DNA of 64,000 nucleotides from a virus (Duplodnaviria > Heunggongvirae > Uroviricota > Caudoviricetes), in IMG/VR virus record IMGVR_UViG_3300014043_000003, positions 5,850 through 69,849 of that record. One strand, written 5' to 3'. The position numbers and the translations under genes are program-made. The notes under the pieces are model-generated. The model was not told where the DNA came from, did not search any database, and saw only the letters and a program-made list of their open reading frames with translations. Positions 6,834-16,627 of the stretch are shown piece by piece (positions within the stretch are counted from its first letter, which is position 1; the number at the start of each line of letters is the position of its first letter).

Positions 6834-7085
6834 TCAGTCTTGCGGGGATTCTTCTTCTCTGGACTTGTAATGGCCGCAGTATCTCGGCGGTTTATCAAAG
6901 TGCTGCTCGAAGTAGCACTCTGGATGTTTGCAAGTGTATTTCCAGAAACCTCCACCACCTTTCTTTCGCAGATAGCGGCATGAGTTACACGGTATAGTCT
7001 TCTCCCGAAGCACCACGAGAGCAGCCACGCATCCTACGGCAAGGATGGCAACTTCTTTGGCAAGCGCGGTGAAAAAAATACTCAT
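6834..7085 (-). CDS. Small membrane/Cys-containing hypothetical protein
   Basis: 83-aa ORF with an N-terminal hydrophobic segment and a CxxC...C...H motif. Confidence 0.4.
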   Translation of the reverse strand: MSIFFTALAKEVAILAVGCVAALVVLREKTIPCNSCRYLRKKGGGGFWKYTCKHPECYFEQHFDKPPRYCGHYKSREEESPQD

Positions 7086-7273
7086 AATTTATGCTCCTCA
7101 AACATCTTAGTCGTTCCGAGCCTCTTGTGGCATTTCCGGCAGTACACAGCTTTTGATTCGGCAAGCTGGTCGATCTCAAACCCTTCGGGCTCTCCGTCGA
7201 ACGAATAATCTTGGAATCCTCTGATTTTCGTGTAAACGCCGTAATTGGAACCGCAATACTTACATTTGTTCAC
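7082..7273 (-). CDS. Zinc-ribbon hypothetical protein
   Basis: 63 aa with CKYCG...CRKCHK. Confidence 0.4.
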   Translation of the reverse strand: MNKCKYCGSNYGVYTKIRGFQDYSFDGEPEGFEIDQLAESKAVYCRKCHKRLGTTKMFEEHKL

Positions 7274-7608
7274 ACTTTGTCCTCCTCATCCACGATGACC
7301 ACTTCCCACTCGGCCAGGGTCGAAAAATCGTAGAAGATGTTCTGGCCGTACTGGTAGGGCTGGATCTTGTACGCCTCCTGCTTATCGGGATAAACGATGA
7401 GGAAGGTGTTTGCAACCTTCTCGTCAAAGTAAACTTGCCTATCCTTGTCTGACAAGTATTGGGCGACCATGGTGCCCGTCTGTCGATCGAAAAACGGGCA
7501 GGCAGATCCTTTGCGTTTCCGGCCGACGTCGAGGCCGGGATAGTGGATATTGTCGCCTTTGATATTGAAATAGGCCAGCCGCGGCCTGTTTACCTTTGCA
7601 GCGCTCAT
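7270..7608 (-). CDS. Hypothetical protein
   Basis: ORF 7270..7662. The probable start is the internal Met (MSAAKVNRP) at 7608, which abuts the upstream gene. Confidence 0.4.
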   Translation of the reverse strand: MSAAKVNRPRLAYFNIKGDNIHYPGLDVGRKRKGSACPFFDRQTGTMVAQYLSDKDRQVYFDEKVANTFLIVYPDKQEAYKIQPYQYGQNIFYDFSTLAEWEVVIVDEEDKV

Positions 7609-8093
7609 TTGCTTCTCTTTCCTCCGGGAGTCCAGCACTTGGAGATCTCCCACAACGACCACTCATGCAGCCTGTACATTTTCCTACGGTAGGAGCCTAT
7701 CTTCATCTGGAAGTCAGGTCGATCCCCGTACAGTTTACGGAGGATCTGCGGCCACGGGCGGCCGATGATGTAGCGATCAATGATGATCTGTTCGGCGCCG
7801 TCTCTCCTCAATTGGGATGCAAGATCCTCGATGGTCCACCTGCACATGTTCTGGCTCTCCTGCTCGCGCTTGATCTCCTTCTCCAGAGCTTCCTTCCGGA
7901 TGAGATATTCGGCAAGCTGGTCCCGTGTGCTGCTGTTCGGCGCCTTCGGCATGTCCGTGATCTCCTGGGCGCCGATGCTGTGGGCACGGGCCTCCAAGGC
8001 TCGAAGCCGCTCATACTTCTCGTTCAGCTTCTCGGCGGATTTTCTGTAGGATGTGAGCCATTCCTTGACGGCTTCCGTCTGTTTTTTGTACAT
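7605..8093 (-). CDS. Hypothetical protein (possible ArpU/RinA-like regulator, unverified)
   Basis: 162 aa with a GGGAGG ribosome-binding site before the ATG at 8093. No diagnostic motif was recognised. Confidence 0.45.
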   Translation of the reverse strand: MYKKQTEAVKEWLTSYRKSAEKLNEKYERLRALEARAHSIGAQEITDMPKAPNSSTRDQLAEYLIRKEALEKEIKREQESQNMCRWTIEDLASQLRRDGAEQIIIDRYIIGRPWPQILRKLYGDRPDFQMKIGSYRRKMYRLHEWSLWEISKCWTPGGKRSK

Positions 8094-8241
8094 GCAAGCC
8101 TCCCGTTTGATGGTGTGTGGATATGTAAGGTCCTAAAAAAACTCTCTCTGCTTCGCCGGCACTAATCATTGCGCCGGCCTCCTTGAGTACCTTACCGTCC
8201 ACTAACTGCATGTACCAAACCGTCCAGATAATCGCCCGTTG

Positions 8242-8541
8242 TTACTCTTCTTCAGCGTCCTGGGCATCGAGATAGTTCTTGCCGAACTCTCTGTGCCAAT
8301 CCGCCATTGTCCAGTGCTGTTCCTTCATAATTTTTGCCTGTGCCCACCGAGACAGCTCATCCCTTGTCTCTCTGCATTTGTGAGCTGCCCGAGGGCCGTT
8401 TTCATGGCAGCGGTCATGGCATAGGTATACGACCGCGCCGTATTTCTCAGATTTGTTTCGTAGTGCTCCAGGGAATATGTGATGCCTGTCAAGTGGATCA
8501 CTGGCTCCGTTTCTCCCGCAGAGCCAGCATCTTTCAGACAT
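8242..8541 (-). CDS. Small HNH-like / zinc-finger nuclease-like protein
   Basis: CWLCGRNG...HHIFPG...LCHDRCHE resembles an HNH fold. Start taken at MSERCW. Confidence 0.4.
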   Translation of the reverse strand: MSERCWLCGRNGASDPLDRHHIFPGALRNKSEKYGAVVYLCHDRCHENGPRAAHKCRETRDELSRWAQAKIMKEQHWTMADWHREFGKNYLDAQDAEEE

Positions 8542-9088
8542 CCTTCTTCTCTCCCGCAACCTTTATCAGGATCTCAATCCTGGGATTTTCGCTCCACACC
8601 TTGCTCATCTCCGCATCCACGATCTGCGAGTCGTCGTAATAGGCGACCTGATTCAGCGCATCGTAGACCGTCTTCGCAAGGTTTTCTATGTCTGGGACCT
8701 TCGTGGGCCGCATCCGGCCCATGATCTTCTCCAGCCTGGTTTTCTTCGGCTCCGACTTGGCGATCTGCATATAGAAGGTCGTCTTGATGTAAAGCGGGAT
8801 GCCTTTCCCGAATCCTCGCCCCCCGTACTTGCTCTTGTACAGGAGGGCTATTGTATTCTCCGCATTATGCGTTTTCGTCGGTGTGAAGACTCCCTGTCTC
8901 GTGACTCTCGGCCTCGCCTTTGCCACCGGCTCGCCGAAAACCGTCAGCTTGACCTCCTCCCCTTCTTCCAGAGGCTCAAATTTGACCTCTGAGCGCTTTT
9001 GCCTCTTGGTGGTCCCCGTGTGCCTTGAAGCACTCAGAAGGGTGCTGTGCCCCTTTTCTCGTTTGCCTCGCCCGTATTTTATCGCCAT
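8534..9088 (-). CDS. rusA: RusA-family Holliday-junction resolvase (N-terminal extension uncertain)
   Basis: GEPVAKARPR...VPDIENLAKTVYDALNQVAYYDDSQIVD matches RusA family motifs. Confidence 0.6.
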   Translation of the reverse strand: MAIKYGRGKREKGHSTLLSASRHTGTTKRQKRSEVKFEPLEEGEEVKLTVFGEPVAKARPRVTRQGVFTPTKTHNAENTIALLYKSKYGGRGFGKGIPLYIKTTFYMQIAKSEPKKTRLEKIMGRMRPTKVPDIENLAKTVYDALNQVAYYDDSQIVDAEMSKVWSENPRIEILIKVAGEKKDV

Positions 9089-9099
9089 ACTCTAAAATC

Positions 9100-9858
9100 T
9101 CAGGCGGCAATGATGTCCTGGATCTCCTTGCCGGTCTCCATCGAGATCCTCATGAGCGAAACATTGAACATGTCCTTGTCAAGCTCCATGCCGATGAAGT
9201 TGCGGCCGGCGGCATAGGCGGCGACTCCGGTAGATCCGGAACCCATCACATTGTCCAGCACAGTATCTCCCGGATTCGTGTATGTTTCGATGAAGTAGCG
9301 GCAGGCGGCCACCGGCTTCTGAGTGGGATTGAGATTGCTGATCTGGGTATCCCAGCGGAATTTGAGTACATCCCGCGGATATCTTATTGTGCTTCCTCCC
9401 CCGCTGATCCCGGCCTTCGTTGCGCCGTAATTGGTGCCGTCGGTCGTATGCTTCGTGTAGCTGTGGACCGGCTTGTGGCCGGTGGTGCATTGTGGATTGT
9501 AGGTGGGGAGCCTCTTGTAAAAGATGAGGACGTTTTCGTGGGCCTTCATGGGCATCTTCTTGGAGTTGAGATGCCCCGTGGCCTTCGTTTTCTCCACAAT
9601 CCACTCATAACGAAATAATTTGAGATTGCTGCAGGCCAGGATCTTGTCGAAGGGGCTTTGTGCCCAGAGGGCAATGCAGCCGTCGTCCTTAATAATGCGC
9701 TCATACTCGGGCCACAGTCTGGAGAGATCCAATGGCCGATCCTTTGGATTTTGTGTCGTTCCGTATGGCAAATCCGCGAGTATCATGTTGACTGAGGCGC
9801 TCGGTATATGTTGGAGGAGATCAAGGCAATCTCCCTGATATAACTTGATATCTGACAT
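9100..9858 (-). CDS. DNA methyltransferase (N6-adenine/N4-cytosine class, DPPY motif)
   Basis: LYQGDCLDLL...ILADLPYG (motif IV, D/NPPY-like) and ..DTVLDNVMGSGSTGVAA (motif I, FxGxG-like). Confidence 0.7.
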   Translation of the reverse strand: MSDIKLYQGDCLDLLQHIPSASVNMILADLPYGTTQNPKDRPLDLSRLWPEYERIIKDDGCIALWAQSPFDKILACSNLKLFRYEWIVEKTKATGHLNSKKMPMKAHENVLIFYKRLPTYNPQCTTGHKPVHSYTKHTTDGTNYGATKAGISGGGSTIRYPRDVLKFRWDTQISNLNPTQKPVAACRYFIETYTNPGDTVLDNVMGSGSTGVAAYAAGRNFIGMELDKDMFNVSLMRISMETGKEIQDIIAA

Positions 9859-9861
9859 CGT

Positions 9862-10209
9862 CTATATCTTTCTTCTTCCTTTGTTCCAGCACTCTCTCCA
9901 CAGCTCGAACCCCGAAGCCGCGTTATCGTTGCAGCGGATGAAAGAGTCCGTTGTCTCTCTCAGTATTGTGCGGTTTTCGAGCATGCAGGAGAGGATCGCC
10001 AGATAGGTTTTTGCGTTTTGCTTTCGCTTATGATCCTTCAGATCCGTCTGAATGTTTTTGAAGGTCTCAACGACATCCTGAAGCGCCGCGGTATACCCCT
10101 GAACATAGCAAGGGTCAAAGCTGGGGACAAAGACAGGCGGGCGTTCTGGTGTGGGCGGGTATTGCGTCTTCGGCGGTGTATATCCAGCCTGATCATGCGC
10201 CGTCTTCAC
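9862..10209 (-). CDS. Hypothetical protein
   Basis: 115-aa ORF in the early operon. Confidence 0.4.
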   Translation of the reverse strand: MKTAHDQAGYTPPKTQYPPTPERPPVFVPSFDPCYVQGYTAALQDVVETFKNIQTDLKDHKRKQNAKTYLAILSCMLENRTILRETTDSFIRCNDNAASGFELWRECWNKGRRKI

Positions 10210-10540
10210 AGTACCGGACCTCTCTCGGCTGATAGTGTTTGCCCCAAGCAGCCTTCATTTCATCCTCGAACTTCTGGTCAGAGTACCAACCGTCCTTGTC
10301 TTCGCGCATATCCATGATGTTTCTGGTCTGGATCTTATCGAATTTCTCCATGAACTTCGTGCCAAACCGGAAATTGCGCTCAGGGCCGAAGCCGAACTCC
10401 TCATGGAGCACGGTCGAGGCGATATCAAGCGCCTGTTGGATTCCGTTCTGGTGGAGCTGCATGTCACGCGCCATCTGATAACGCTGATGCTTCGCCACAT
10501 AGTCCTGTGCCTGTTCGGAGTTTTTCTTGATTCCGGACAT
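10193..10540 (-). CDS. Hypothetical protein
   Basis: ORF 10193..10729. The probable start is the internal Met (MSGIKKNSEQ) at about 10540, which avoids overlap with the DnaC-like gene. Confidence 0.35.
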   Translation of the reverse strand: MSGIKKNSEQAQDYVAKHQRYQMARDMQLHQNGIQQALDIASTVLHEEFGFGPERNFRFGTKFMEKFDKIQTRNIMDMREDKDGWYSDQKFEDEMKAAWGKHYQPREVRYCEDGA

Positions 10541-10566
10541 CTTTCTCTTGCTTTTTCCCACAGTAG

Positions 10567-11400
10567 TTACCTCCCATCGGCCGGGCGCGCGGCTTTGGCC
10601 GCACGTTGATCCAGCTCTCTCATTCTCCAGTTTTCGTTTGGTGCAAGAATCGCGTATCCGCCGCGGGTCCTCTCGTATATACGGCCGGCAAGAGCCTCGT
10701 CGATATCGAAAAGCCCCCTCAATGTGCATTCGCTCGTGATGATCGTCCTGAGCTTGCTGTTGGCGTACCTCGCATTGATGATGTCAAAGGCCGTTCTGAC
10801 GTCAGCCTCGGTCCCTTTCTTGAGGAAATCGTCGATATAGAGGACAGGGACTCTGATCAGCTTGTCTATCTTCTCTGTGTATTGGGGAGTGTTCATCAAG
10901 CCCTTGAGTTCCGTAATCTCATGGCGCCAGTCCATGTAATACAGATCATTCCCGGCCTCGATCAGTGCGCTGCAGACCGCGGTGCAGATATGAGTCTTTC
11001 CGCTGCCGCTTCTGCCGGAGACGTATAACCACCAGCCGTCCCCCTCTTTCACATACCGCATTGCGCGCGCCTTGATCTTCCCGCGGAGCTCGTCCGGCGT
11101 CTCATAATTGGCGAACGTATAGCGCCGCAGCAGGTCCTCCATGTGGCTGTTTTTCAGACGCTTTATGGATCTCCGCTTTGACATACACTCGCACTCGCGG
11201 CTGTGCATTACATGAAATTCATCCTGCCACACGATATGTCCGGAGTCGTTGCACTTGTCACAGTGCAAGACATCAAGCCCCGTGCCATTCAGCACGTCGC
11301 TATGATATGTCGTAGTGGACACCTTGCCATTTGGGGTCCGTTTCCGGATCGCTTCCAGAGCCGATGCTATACCGGCTGCGTCGATTTTCTCCAGAGCCAT
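10567..11400 (-). CDS. DnaC/IstB-like AAA+ ATPase (replicative helicase loader)
   Basis: Walker A GRSGSGKTH plus a DnaC-like layout. The N-terminus overlaps the upstream gene by about 100 bp, so the true start may be internal. Confidence 0.7.
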   Translation of the reverse strand: MALEKIDAAGIASALEAIRKRTPNGKVSTTTYHSDVLNGTGLDVLHCDKCNDSGHIVWQDEFHVMHSRECECMSKRRSIKRLKNSHMEDLLRRYTFANYETPDELRGKIKARAMRYVKEGDGWWLYVSGRSGSGKTHICTAVCSALIEAGNDLYYMDWRHEITELKGLMNTPQYTEKIDKLIRVPVLYIDDFLKKGTEADVRTAFDIINARYANSKLRTIITSECTLRGLFDIDEALAGRIYERTRGGYAILAPNENWRMRELDQRAAKAARPADGR

Positions 11401-12271
11401 TTCTGTTATACTTCCCCTCCAATACCTTCACAAAGTTGTTCGGACAGACAAACCATCCGAAATCAAACCACGTCTGTTCCTTCAAGAATTGACTCGCAGC
11501 CGCTATTTCAACAGCTCGGATTACCTCTTCCGTTCCGTATTCTTTGATCCTGGCAATCAGGCTCTTCCCTCTCACTGAGCTTGGGCTTACTCGAACTACT
11601 TTGGGGAGATCTGTCTGATTCCACTTGGAGACAATCTTTTTCGCCTCATCCGTATAATTTGTTGTCTTGGTGTCTGAGCCTTCTGCCAGATTATCGCAGT
11701 CCCTTTCTTCTCCTTCTTCCCCCACACCCCTATTATCCTCTTCTTTCTCTATATCTTCAGATATAGCTTCAGAAGAAGAATAAGAATAAGAAGGAGACTT
11801 TGACAAAGGCAACCTTTGTCCTTGACATGTCAATGACATGTCTTCTTCAGTTTCTTCTTTTTCTGGGCTTCCAGAGGGGAGACGTTTTTGCTTTTGACGC
11901 TCTCTGGAGCGCTGTTTTGCAAGACGGTTATACTCACGTATCTCCGCAAGGGCAGGCTCGTTCTGATGCTCTTCCCAGCCCGTGATCGAAATAAACCCGT
12001 CTGTGCTGATCATTTCAAGACGTTCGAGCGCTTCGATGGCGAGTTTGACGGTGTTTTCCTCAAAGTCAAGCTCATCCGCGAGCATCTTTGTCGTATAAGG
12101 AATATTTTGCGTCAGGAAGATCATCCCGCCGGCATTGCACTTCCCGGCAAGGGTAAGCAGCGCAATCCAGATGAGGAGGATATTGTTCCCCTCCGGGAGC
12201 TTCCTGATATGTCTTATTTTCCGGTTGTTGAACAACTCAATATCGAGTTTGATCCACTTGACTTCGCCCAT
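11300..12271 (-). CDS. Phage replisome organizer (N-terminal Phage_rep_org_N-like domain)
   Basis: MGEVKWIKLDIELFNNRKIRHIRKLPEGNNILLIWIALLTLAGKCN is the hallmark N-terminus. The acidic/Ser-rich middle region contains palindromic repeats that are an origin candidate. Confidence 0.65.
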   Translation of the reverse strand: MGEVKWIKLDIELFNNRKIRHIRKLPEGNNILLIWIALLTLAGKCNAGGMIFLTQNIPYTTKMLADELDFEENTVKLAIEALERLEMISTDGFISITGWEEHQNEPALAEIREYNRLAKQRSRERQKQKRLPSGSPEKEETEEDMSLTCQGQRLPLSKSPSYSYSSSEAISEDIEKEEDNRGVGEEGEERDCDNLAEGSDTKTTNYTDEAKKIVSKWNQTDLPKVVRVSPSSVRGKSLIARIKEYGTEEVIRAVEIAAASQFLKEQTWFDFGWFVCPNNFVKVLEGKYNRNGSGENRRSRYSIGSGSDPETDPKWQGVHYDIS

Positions 12272-12293
12272 ATTGCGTTCCTGCCCCTTACTC

Positions 12294-12749
12294 TCACGTT
12301 ATCTTCGTGGCTTGGTCGATCTCTATACCGAGGTATATGTCTTCAAGCCGCATGCCGTCCTTGATCTCAATGCCGTAGGCCCGTTTCAAATACTCGACAT
12401 CTTCCGTGGAAGCTACGATGTGTATGACATTCTGCACTTCGCGGCCCTGTCTCTTCTTTCTGCGGTTATAGCAAATGCCTCCGATTTTCTCAAAGGCATA
12501 GGACCAGCACTTAGCACGGTGATACCTGTCAAAACTGATGTAAATTGCTTCGATAACTTCTTCAAAGCCAAACTCTTTGATCCAGAAGACAAGCTGCTCA
12601 AAGCGAGGTCCTTCTAATGGCGAATAGTACGATAGTCGGCCGATTTCTTTGGCAGCCTCTTCCGCAAGGGCTACGTATTTAGCTCTTTTATCTCTATTTT
12701 CGAGAACCGCAGACTCCGCTTTCACTGTTCTCTCCTCCTTGGCATTCAC
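12294..12749 (-). CDS. Hypothetical protein
   Basis: 151-aa ORF. Confidence 0.4.
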   Translation of the reverse strand: MNAKEERTVKAESAVLENRDKRAKYVALAEEAAKEIGRLSYYSPLEGPRFEQLVFWIKEFGFEEVIEAIYISFDRYHRAKCWSYAFEKIGGICYNRRKKRQGREVQNVIHIVASTEDVEYLKRAYGIEIKDGMRLEDIYLGIEIDQATKIT

Positions 12750-12798
12750 AAGTGCTTCAAGGCACTTTTTTCTGAATCAAAAATGGCCGTTCTGCGGC

Positions 12799-13185
12799 CT
12801 ACTCCACGAAATCTTCTTCGCCGCTGTAGGTCCCGTTGAAACCGTTCTCCTGGTCCGCCCGGCGCCTGTTTCCGAAGTATATGGACGTTGCGGACGATAT
12901 GACATGCTCATTCTTCCGCTTTTTCTCGCCGCTCGTAGATGTGTATTCCCTGATCTCCTCGCGGGCATTCACGACGATCATCGAATCCCCTTTATGGAAA
13001 TGTTGGGCAACAAATTCAGCCGTGCCGCGCCAGCAGACGAAGTCAAGGAAATCGGTAACACGATTTCCCTCTGCGTCTTTTCTGTCGCGGTCCACGGCCA
13101 ATGTAAATGACAATCTCAGGTTTTTGCCCTCTCCCACGAGCTGTGGGTCAGCAGTCAGGCGTCCGCAGAAGGTGCAACTGTTCAT
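12799..13185 (-). CDS. ssb: Single-stranded DNA-binding protein
   Basis: OB-fold motifs ..FLDFVCWRGTAEFVAQHFHKGDSMIVVNAREEIREY and an acidic C-terminal tail ..EEDFVE. Confidence 0.75.
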   Translation of the reverse strand: MNSCTFCGRLTADPQLVGEGKNLRLSFTLAVDRDRKDAEGNRVTDFLDFVCWRGTAEFVAQHFHKGDSMIVVNAREEIREYTSTSGEKKRKNEHVISSATSIYFGNRRRADQENGFNGTYSGEEDFVE

Positions 13186-13212
13186 TCTGATAGTTTATCC
13201 TCCGTGATAGTG

Positions 13213-13473
13213 TCAAGGCTCAGCAAGCCAGTACTCTTTCCAGTGTGTGCGCTCTCCGTTCTCGGAGACTTGGTAGATCATCTCATCGCGGATGGCGATC
13301 CCCCTCTTGTTTCGGAGATCCCAGATCCGGGCGCCGAGCCTCATAATCCCAAGCTCTTTCACGGCGCGCATTTGGCTGATCCTCCCGTGGCGAAGCATGT
13401 AATCGTACACCTTCGCCTCTTGCTTTGAATAACTCATTTTTGACCTTTGGCCTCCTTCTGTAAGCTCTCCCAC
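13213..13473 (-). CDS. Small winged-helix/HTH DNA-binding protein
   Basis: 86 aa; ..ISQMRAVKELGIMRLGARIWDLRNKRG. Confidence 0.4.
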   Translation of the reverse strand: MGELTEGGQRSKMSYSKQEAKVYDYMLRHGRISQMRAVKELGIMRLGARIWDLRNKRGIAIRDEMIYQVSENGERTHWKEYWLAEP

Positions 13474-13958
13474 CAGAGTTGCTTGTCTGGGGTTTCTGTA
13501 TCTATGTCAAGTTTTTCAGCCTCAAATATCAAAAATTCGATGAGTTGGGTCATCTGATCCACTGTGAAGGTGGAGCTGCCGTAGTATACGATAACATTGG
13601 TCCAGCCATCGGCAGACTGTGCGACTTCGGTTTGCCATCCGAGGCCCTTTTCCTTCCATTCTTGGCAAAACCTCGGGACGGCGGCGTCTTGCATTTGAAG
13701 AATGTCAGAGACTCCGCCTATTTCCCGTAATGCACTTCGATATACATCGTCCTTCGATGTGAGTGTTTCCGCGGCGATCTTGTCGCAGAGAACCCACATA
13801 TAGCGGTTCGCTGCGAGTGATCGCTTGCTGCGCCAGAGCTTGAATGTGACTTCCACGGCCTTGTCCCTGAACTTATCGGCAATGGTGGAGAAGTCTGTGT
13901 CAAACTGGATTACAGCTCTGTTGCTGCGGAAATCGTAATCAAGGATCTTGGCACGCAT
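13434..13958 (-). CDS. Hypothetical protein
   Basis: 174-aa ORF in the recombination module. Confidence 0.4.
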   Translation of the reverse strand: MRAKILDYDFRSNRAVIQFDTDFSTIADKFRDKAVEVTFKLWRSKRSLAANRYMWVLCDKIAAETLTSKDDVYRSALREIGGVSDILQMQDAAVPRFCQEWKEKGLGWQTEVAQSADGWTNVIVYYGSSTFTVDQMTQLIEFLIFEAEKLDIDTETPDKQLWWESLQKEAKGQK

Positions 13959-14613
13959 CTCTTGTGGCTCCTCGGTCTACGTGTTTATGGAGGAAAATGT
14001 ACTCGCTTTTCTGTTGGTCCATATTGGCATAGAGCCAATTCGTGATCTGCTCCTCCGACATATGGTAACGGCGGACGCGCATCTCATATGGATACTTGCC
14101 TTCGGCAAGCTTCGCGTCCATACGCGCCTGCAGCTCATCTTCCTTGTAGTTGTTCTCCACCAGATAGAGGTCATAACCTCGGGCGTTGACGCCATTAAGA
14201 TGCCCCATATCCGTACAGTAGAATACCTTCTCCTTGTTGGGGAAAAATATCTTGTACGCATAGTTCTGGACATCGTGGAAAACAGGGACAGGGAGTACAC
14301 TGCACAGATTGTATGGCTGGAGCATTTTGTCGTAGAGCACATTGATCTGCGACTTTTTCACTCCAGTTGCAAGCAGCTTTTTTACCATCCACGGTCCGCA
14401 CCCGAATCGGAGGAGTGGCTTTTCGGTAGCCATCCTCCGAATGGTGCTCGGGAGGAAATGATCTTGGTGCTCATGGGTGATAAGAACGAGCTTCACCTTG
14501 TCCAAATATGGAGACACGAGCTTAAAGGACACGCCGCAGTCTACCATGACAGCGTCATTCAGAATGACACAGTTTCCGGTGCTTCCGGTCGCAAGTATAT
14601 TAACCTTGATCAT
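13939..14613 (-). CDS. MBL-fold metallo-hydrolase
   Basis: HEHQDH metal-binding motif. Confidence 0.65.
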   Translation of the reverse strand: MIKVNILATGSTGNCVILNDAVMVDCGVSFKLVSPYLDKVKLVLITHEHQDHFLPSTIRRMATEKPLLRFGCGPWMVKKLLATGVKKSQINVLYDKMLQPYNLCSVLPVPVFHDVQNYAYKIFFPNKEKVFYCTDMGHLNGVNARGYDLYLVENNYKEDELQARMDAKLAEGKYPYEMRVRRYHMSEEQITNWLYANMDQQKSEYIFLHKHVDRGATRDACQDP

Positions 14614-14635
14614 TTCTGTAACTGATCCTTACGGC

Positions 14636-15631
14636 TTAGATATCGTCCAGGTTGATCTGGCCTGCGACATCGGAAAACTCCGATTCGATGATTTCAGAGT
14701 TGCCGCGGAACGTAGGAGGAGTGAACGGATCTTCAAATGTCGGCTCGTCCTCCATAATGATGTCGCCGGTGTCGGACACGCTGATGATCTGGTTATCCGT
14801 CTGAAACGCTCTCTGGAGGCCTTCCGTCTCAACGGAGATTGGACCGTAGTGGCCGATAAGCCGGCGCACGATCGTTTTGTTACCCATCGCGTCGAAGTCC
14901 TTGTACCAAAAGCTGGAGTATTTCCAGAGCTCGTCCTGGGGGATCTCGCCGTTCTGGATCTTGTGGAAGGCCTTTTTGGAGAACGCCGGGGAGAAGGTGT
15001 CGGCATAGTCGATCATCTCTTCCTTGGTCATATAGAGGGACTTCTGGAATCCGTTTTTCAGGAGAAACATGCCGTAGTAGCCGACGGTAGGCGTCATCTT
15101 GCGCTTGTAGGGATCTTTGATGATCTGGCTGTCCATCTCCTCCAGAAGGGGATTCCAACCCCGGAACTCGCCTTCCTTGATCTCCAGAATGACGATCTTC
15201 CTGTACATCTCGCTTCTGAGTGCGAGCTGCCAGTATCCGCGCCAGCCAAGGACGAACTCGGCCTTATCGCACTCCGGCACAAGGATTTCTCCGGTTTTGC
15301 GATCCCGCTTTTCCTTCTGGTGGAACGGCACCATATAGAAGAGACCGAGCTGCGGTGAAGGAGGGAGCTTCAAAGCCGCGCCATTGAGGGCGGCGCCGAT
15401 GACCGAGGCGGTCGTGCATTTCTGAATTGCAGGCGTCTTGTTGTGCGTGGTGATGATGGACGTGGTAAATTCCTTTGCCAGCTTCTCGTCGCCCAGCGTG
15501 TTAAGAATAGCCTGCTGGTAACGCTCAGTATTGACGATCTGAGAAAAGCTGAGTTTCTGGCTCTTTGCGGGCGCAGTAGTAGGCTGGGCAGCCTGCGGCG
15601 TAGGCGCCATCTGACGATTAGCAGTCCCCAT
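14636..15631 (-). CDS. recT: RecT-family single-strand annealing recombinase
   Basis: ..ASVIGAALNGAALKLPPSPQLGLFYMVPF.. and overall RecT-like layout. It lies adjacent to the MBL hydrolase and SSB. Confidence 0.65.
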   Translation of the reverse strand: MGTANRQMAPTPQAAQPTTAPAKSQKLSFSQIVNTERYQQAILNTLGDEKLAKEFTTSIITTHNKTPAIQKCTTASVIGAALNGAALKLPPSPQLGLFYMVPFHQKEKRDRKTGEILVPECDKAEFVLGWRGYWQLALRSEMYRKIVILEIKEGEFRGWNPLLEEMDSQIIKDPYKRKMTPTVGYYGMFLLKNGFQKSLYMTKEEMIDYADTFSPAFSKKAFHKIQNGEIPQDELWKYSSFWYKDFDAMGNKTIVRRLIGHYGPISVETEGLQRAFQTDNQIISVSDTGDIIMEDEPTFEDPFTPPTFRGNSEIIESEFSDVAGQINLDDI

Positions 15632-16607
15632 ACTTCAATCCCTCCTCATCCAAATATTTCTTGAGCATTTCTTTGAGATAAGCCTTGAGAGCCTTGAGCT
15701 GAGGCAGTGTACCGTAAATCTGATAGCCCAGATACTTCGTGCAGAGCACAGCTTCGTCCTCTTTCGGCGAAACGGGAGTCTCTGCCGCCGGGATCTCCTC
15801 TTCCTCCTCGGTATAGGCGACAGGAGCGTCAGGAATAAGCTCCTCAGCACTTTCCGAAGGCCTCACGGCATTTTCGGCGATGGCGGCGTCCACGGATGCC
15901 TCGTGAGCTTCGCGCGCTCTGCGGGCTTCCTCGGCGGCCTCACGGGCCTGTTTCTCTGCCTCCTGACGTGCGATCCTGTCCTTGACGGTACGGACCGCCA
16001 TGTTGAAGTCCAGATTCAGGCGATACTCGGCCATGATCTCGTCCCTGTTCTCAAGGGTCTCGATCGTTTTGAGATCGCTGTCGATCTTGTCCAGATATGC
16101 CTTGACTCTCTCCTTCAAGGATTTCATGGATTCGCTGAGGCCTGCCACTACAGGGCAAGACGGCACAAGCGTAGGGTCAAGGCCGAGGCTCGTGCGATAG
16201 TCGTGGAAGTATGTCTCAACTTCCTGCTGTCTGAGCTTCTTCTTTGCGGCCTCCACATCCTTGAGGCCGGTATCAAGGCGGCCAACGGCCTTCTTGATGT
16301 CTGTGTAGAGATCCTTGTAAGGACCAGCTTCGAACTGTTTGTACGGCGCCTCAATCTCAGCCTTGACGCGCTTCCTTGCTGTTTCGAGGGCGTCCAGCTT
16401 CTTGTTCCACTCTGCGCGGATTTTCTTGAGCTCTTTGTAATTCTCGTCCGTAGGGACAAGATTTTCCAAGATCCGGAGATCATTGTCGAGCTCACGATGC
16501 AGAGCTTCAAGCTGGTCCTCGATCACGGCGAGCTGCTTAACTGTGATAAGCTCCTGGCCGGTCACGATTGCGGTTTCATTCATTTTCTCTTTAGTACCTC
16601 CCAACAC
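15618..16607 (-). CDS. Phage coiled-coil protein (DUF1351-like)
   Basis: 329 aa, highly charged coiled coil, as typically found next to RecT. Confidence 0.4.
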   Translation of the reverse strand: MLGGTKEKMNETAIVTGQELITVKQLAVIEDQLEALHRELDNDLRILENLVPTDENYKELKKIRAEWNKKLDALETARKRVKAEIEAPYKQFEAGPYKDLYTDIKKAVGRLDTGLKDVEAAKKKLRQQEVETYFHDYRTSLGLDPTLVPSCPVVAGLSESMKSLKERVKAYLDKIDSDLKTIETLENRDEIMAEYRLNLDFNMAVRTVKDRIARQEAEKQAREAAEEARRAREAHEASVDAAIAENAVRPSESAEELIPDAPVAYTEEEEEIPAAETPVSPKEDEAVLCTKYLGYQIYGTLPQLKALKAYLKEMLKKYLDEEGLKYGDC

Positions 16608-16627
16608 TCTATTTGCAGGCTCTCCGA

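Noticed and set aside
8011-8211. 66-aa minus-strand ORF
   Set aside because: It overlaps the N-terminus of the strongly supported upstream gene (ribosome-binding site at 8094-8100) by 83 bp in another frame. It is probably spurious.
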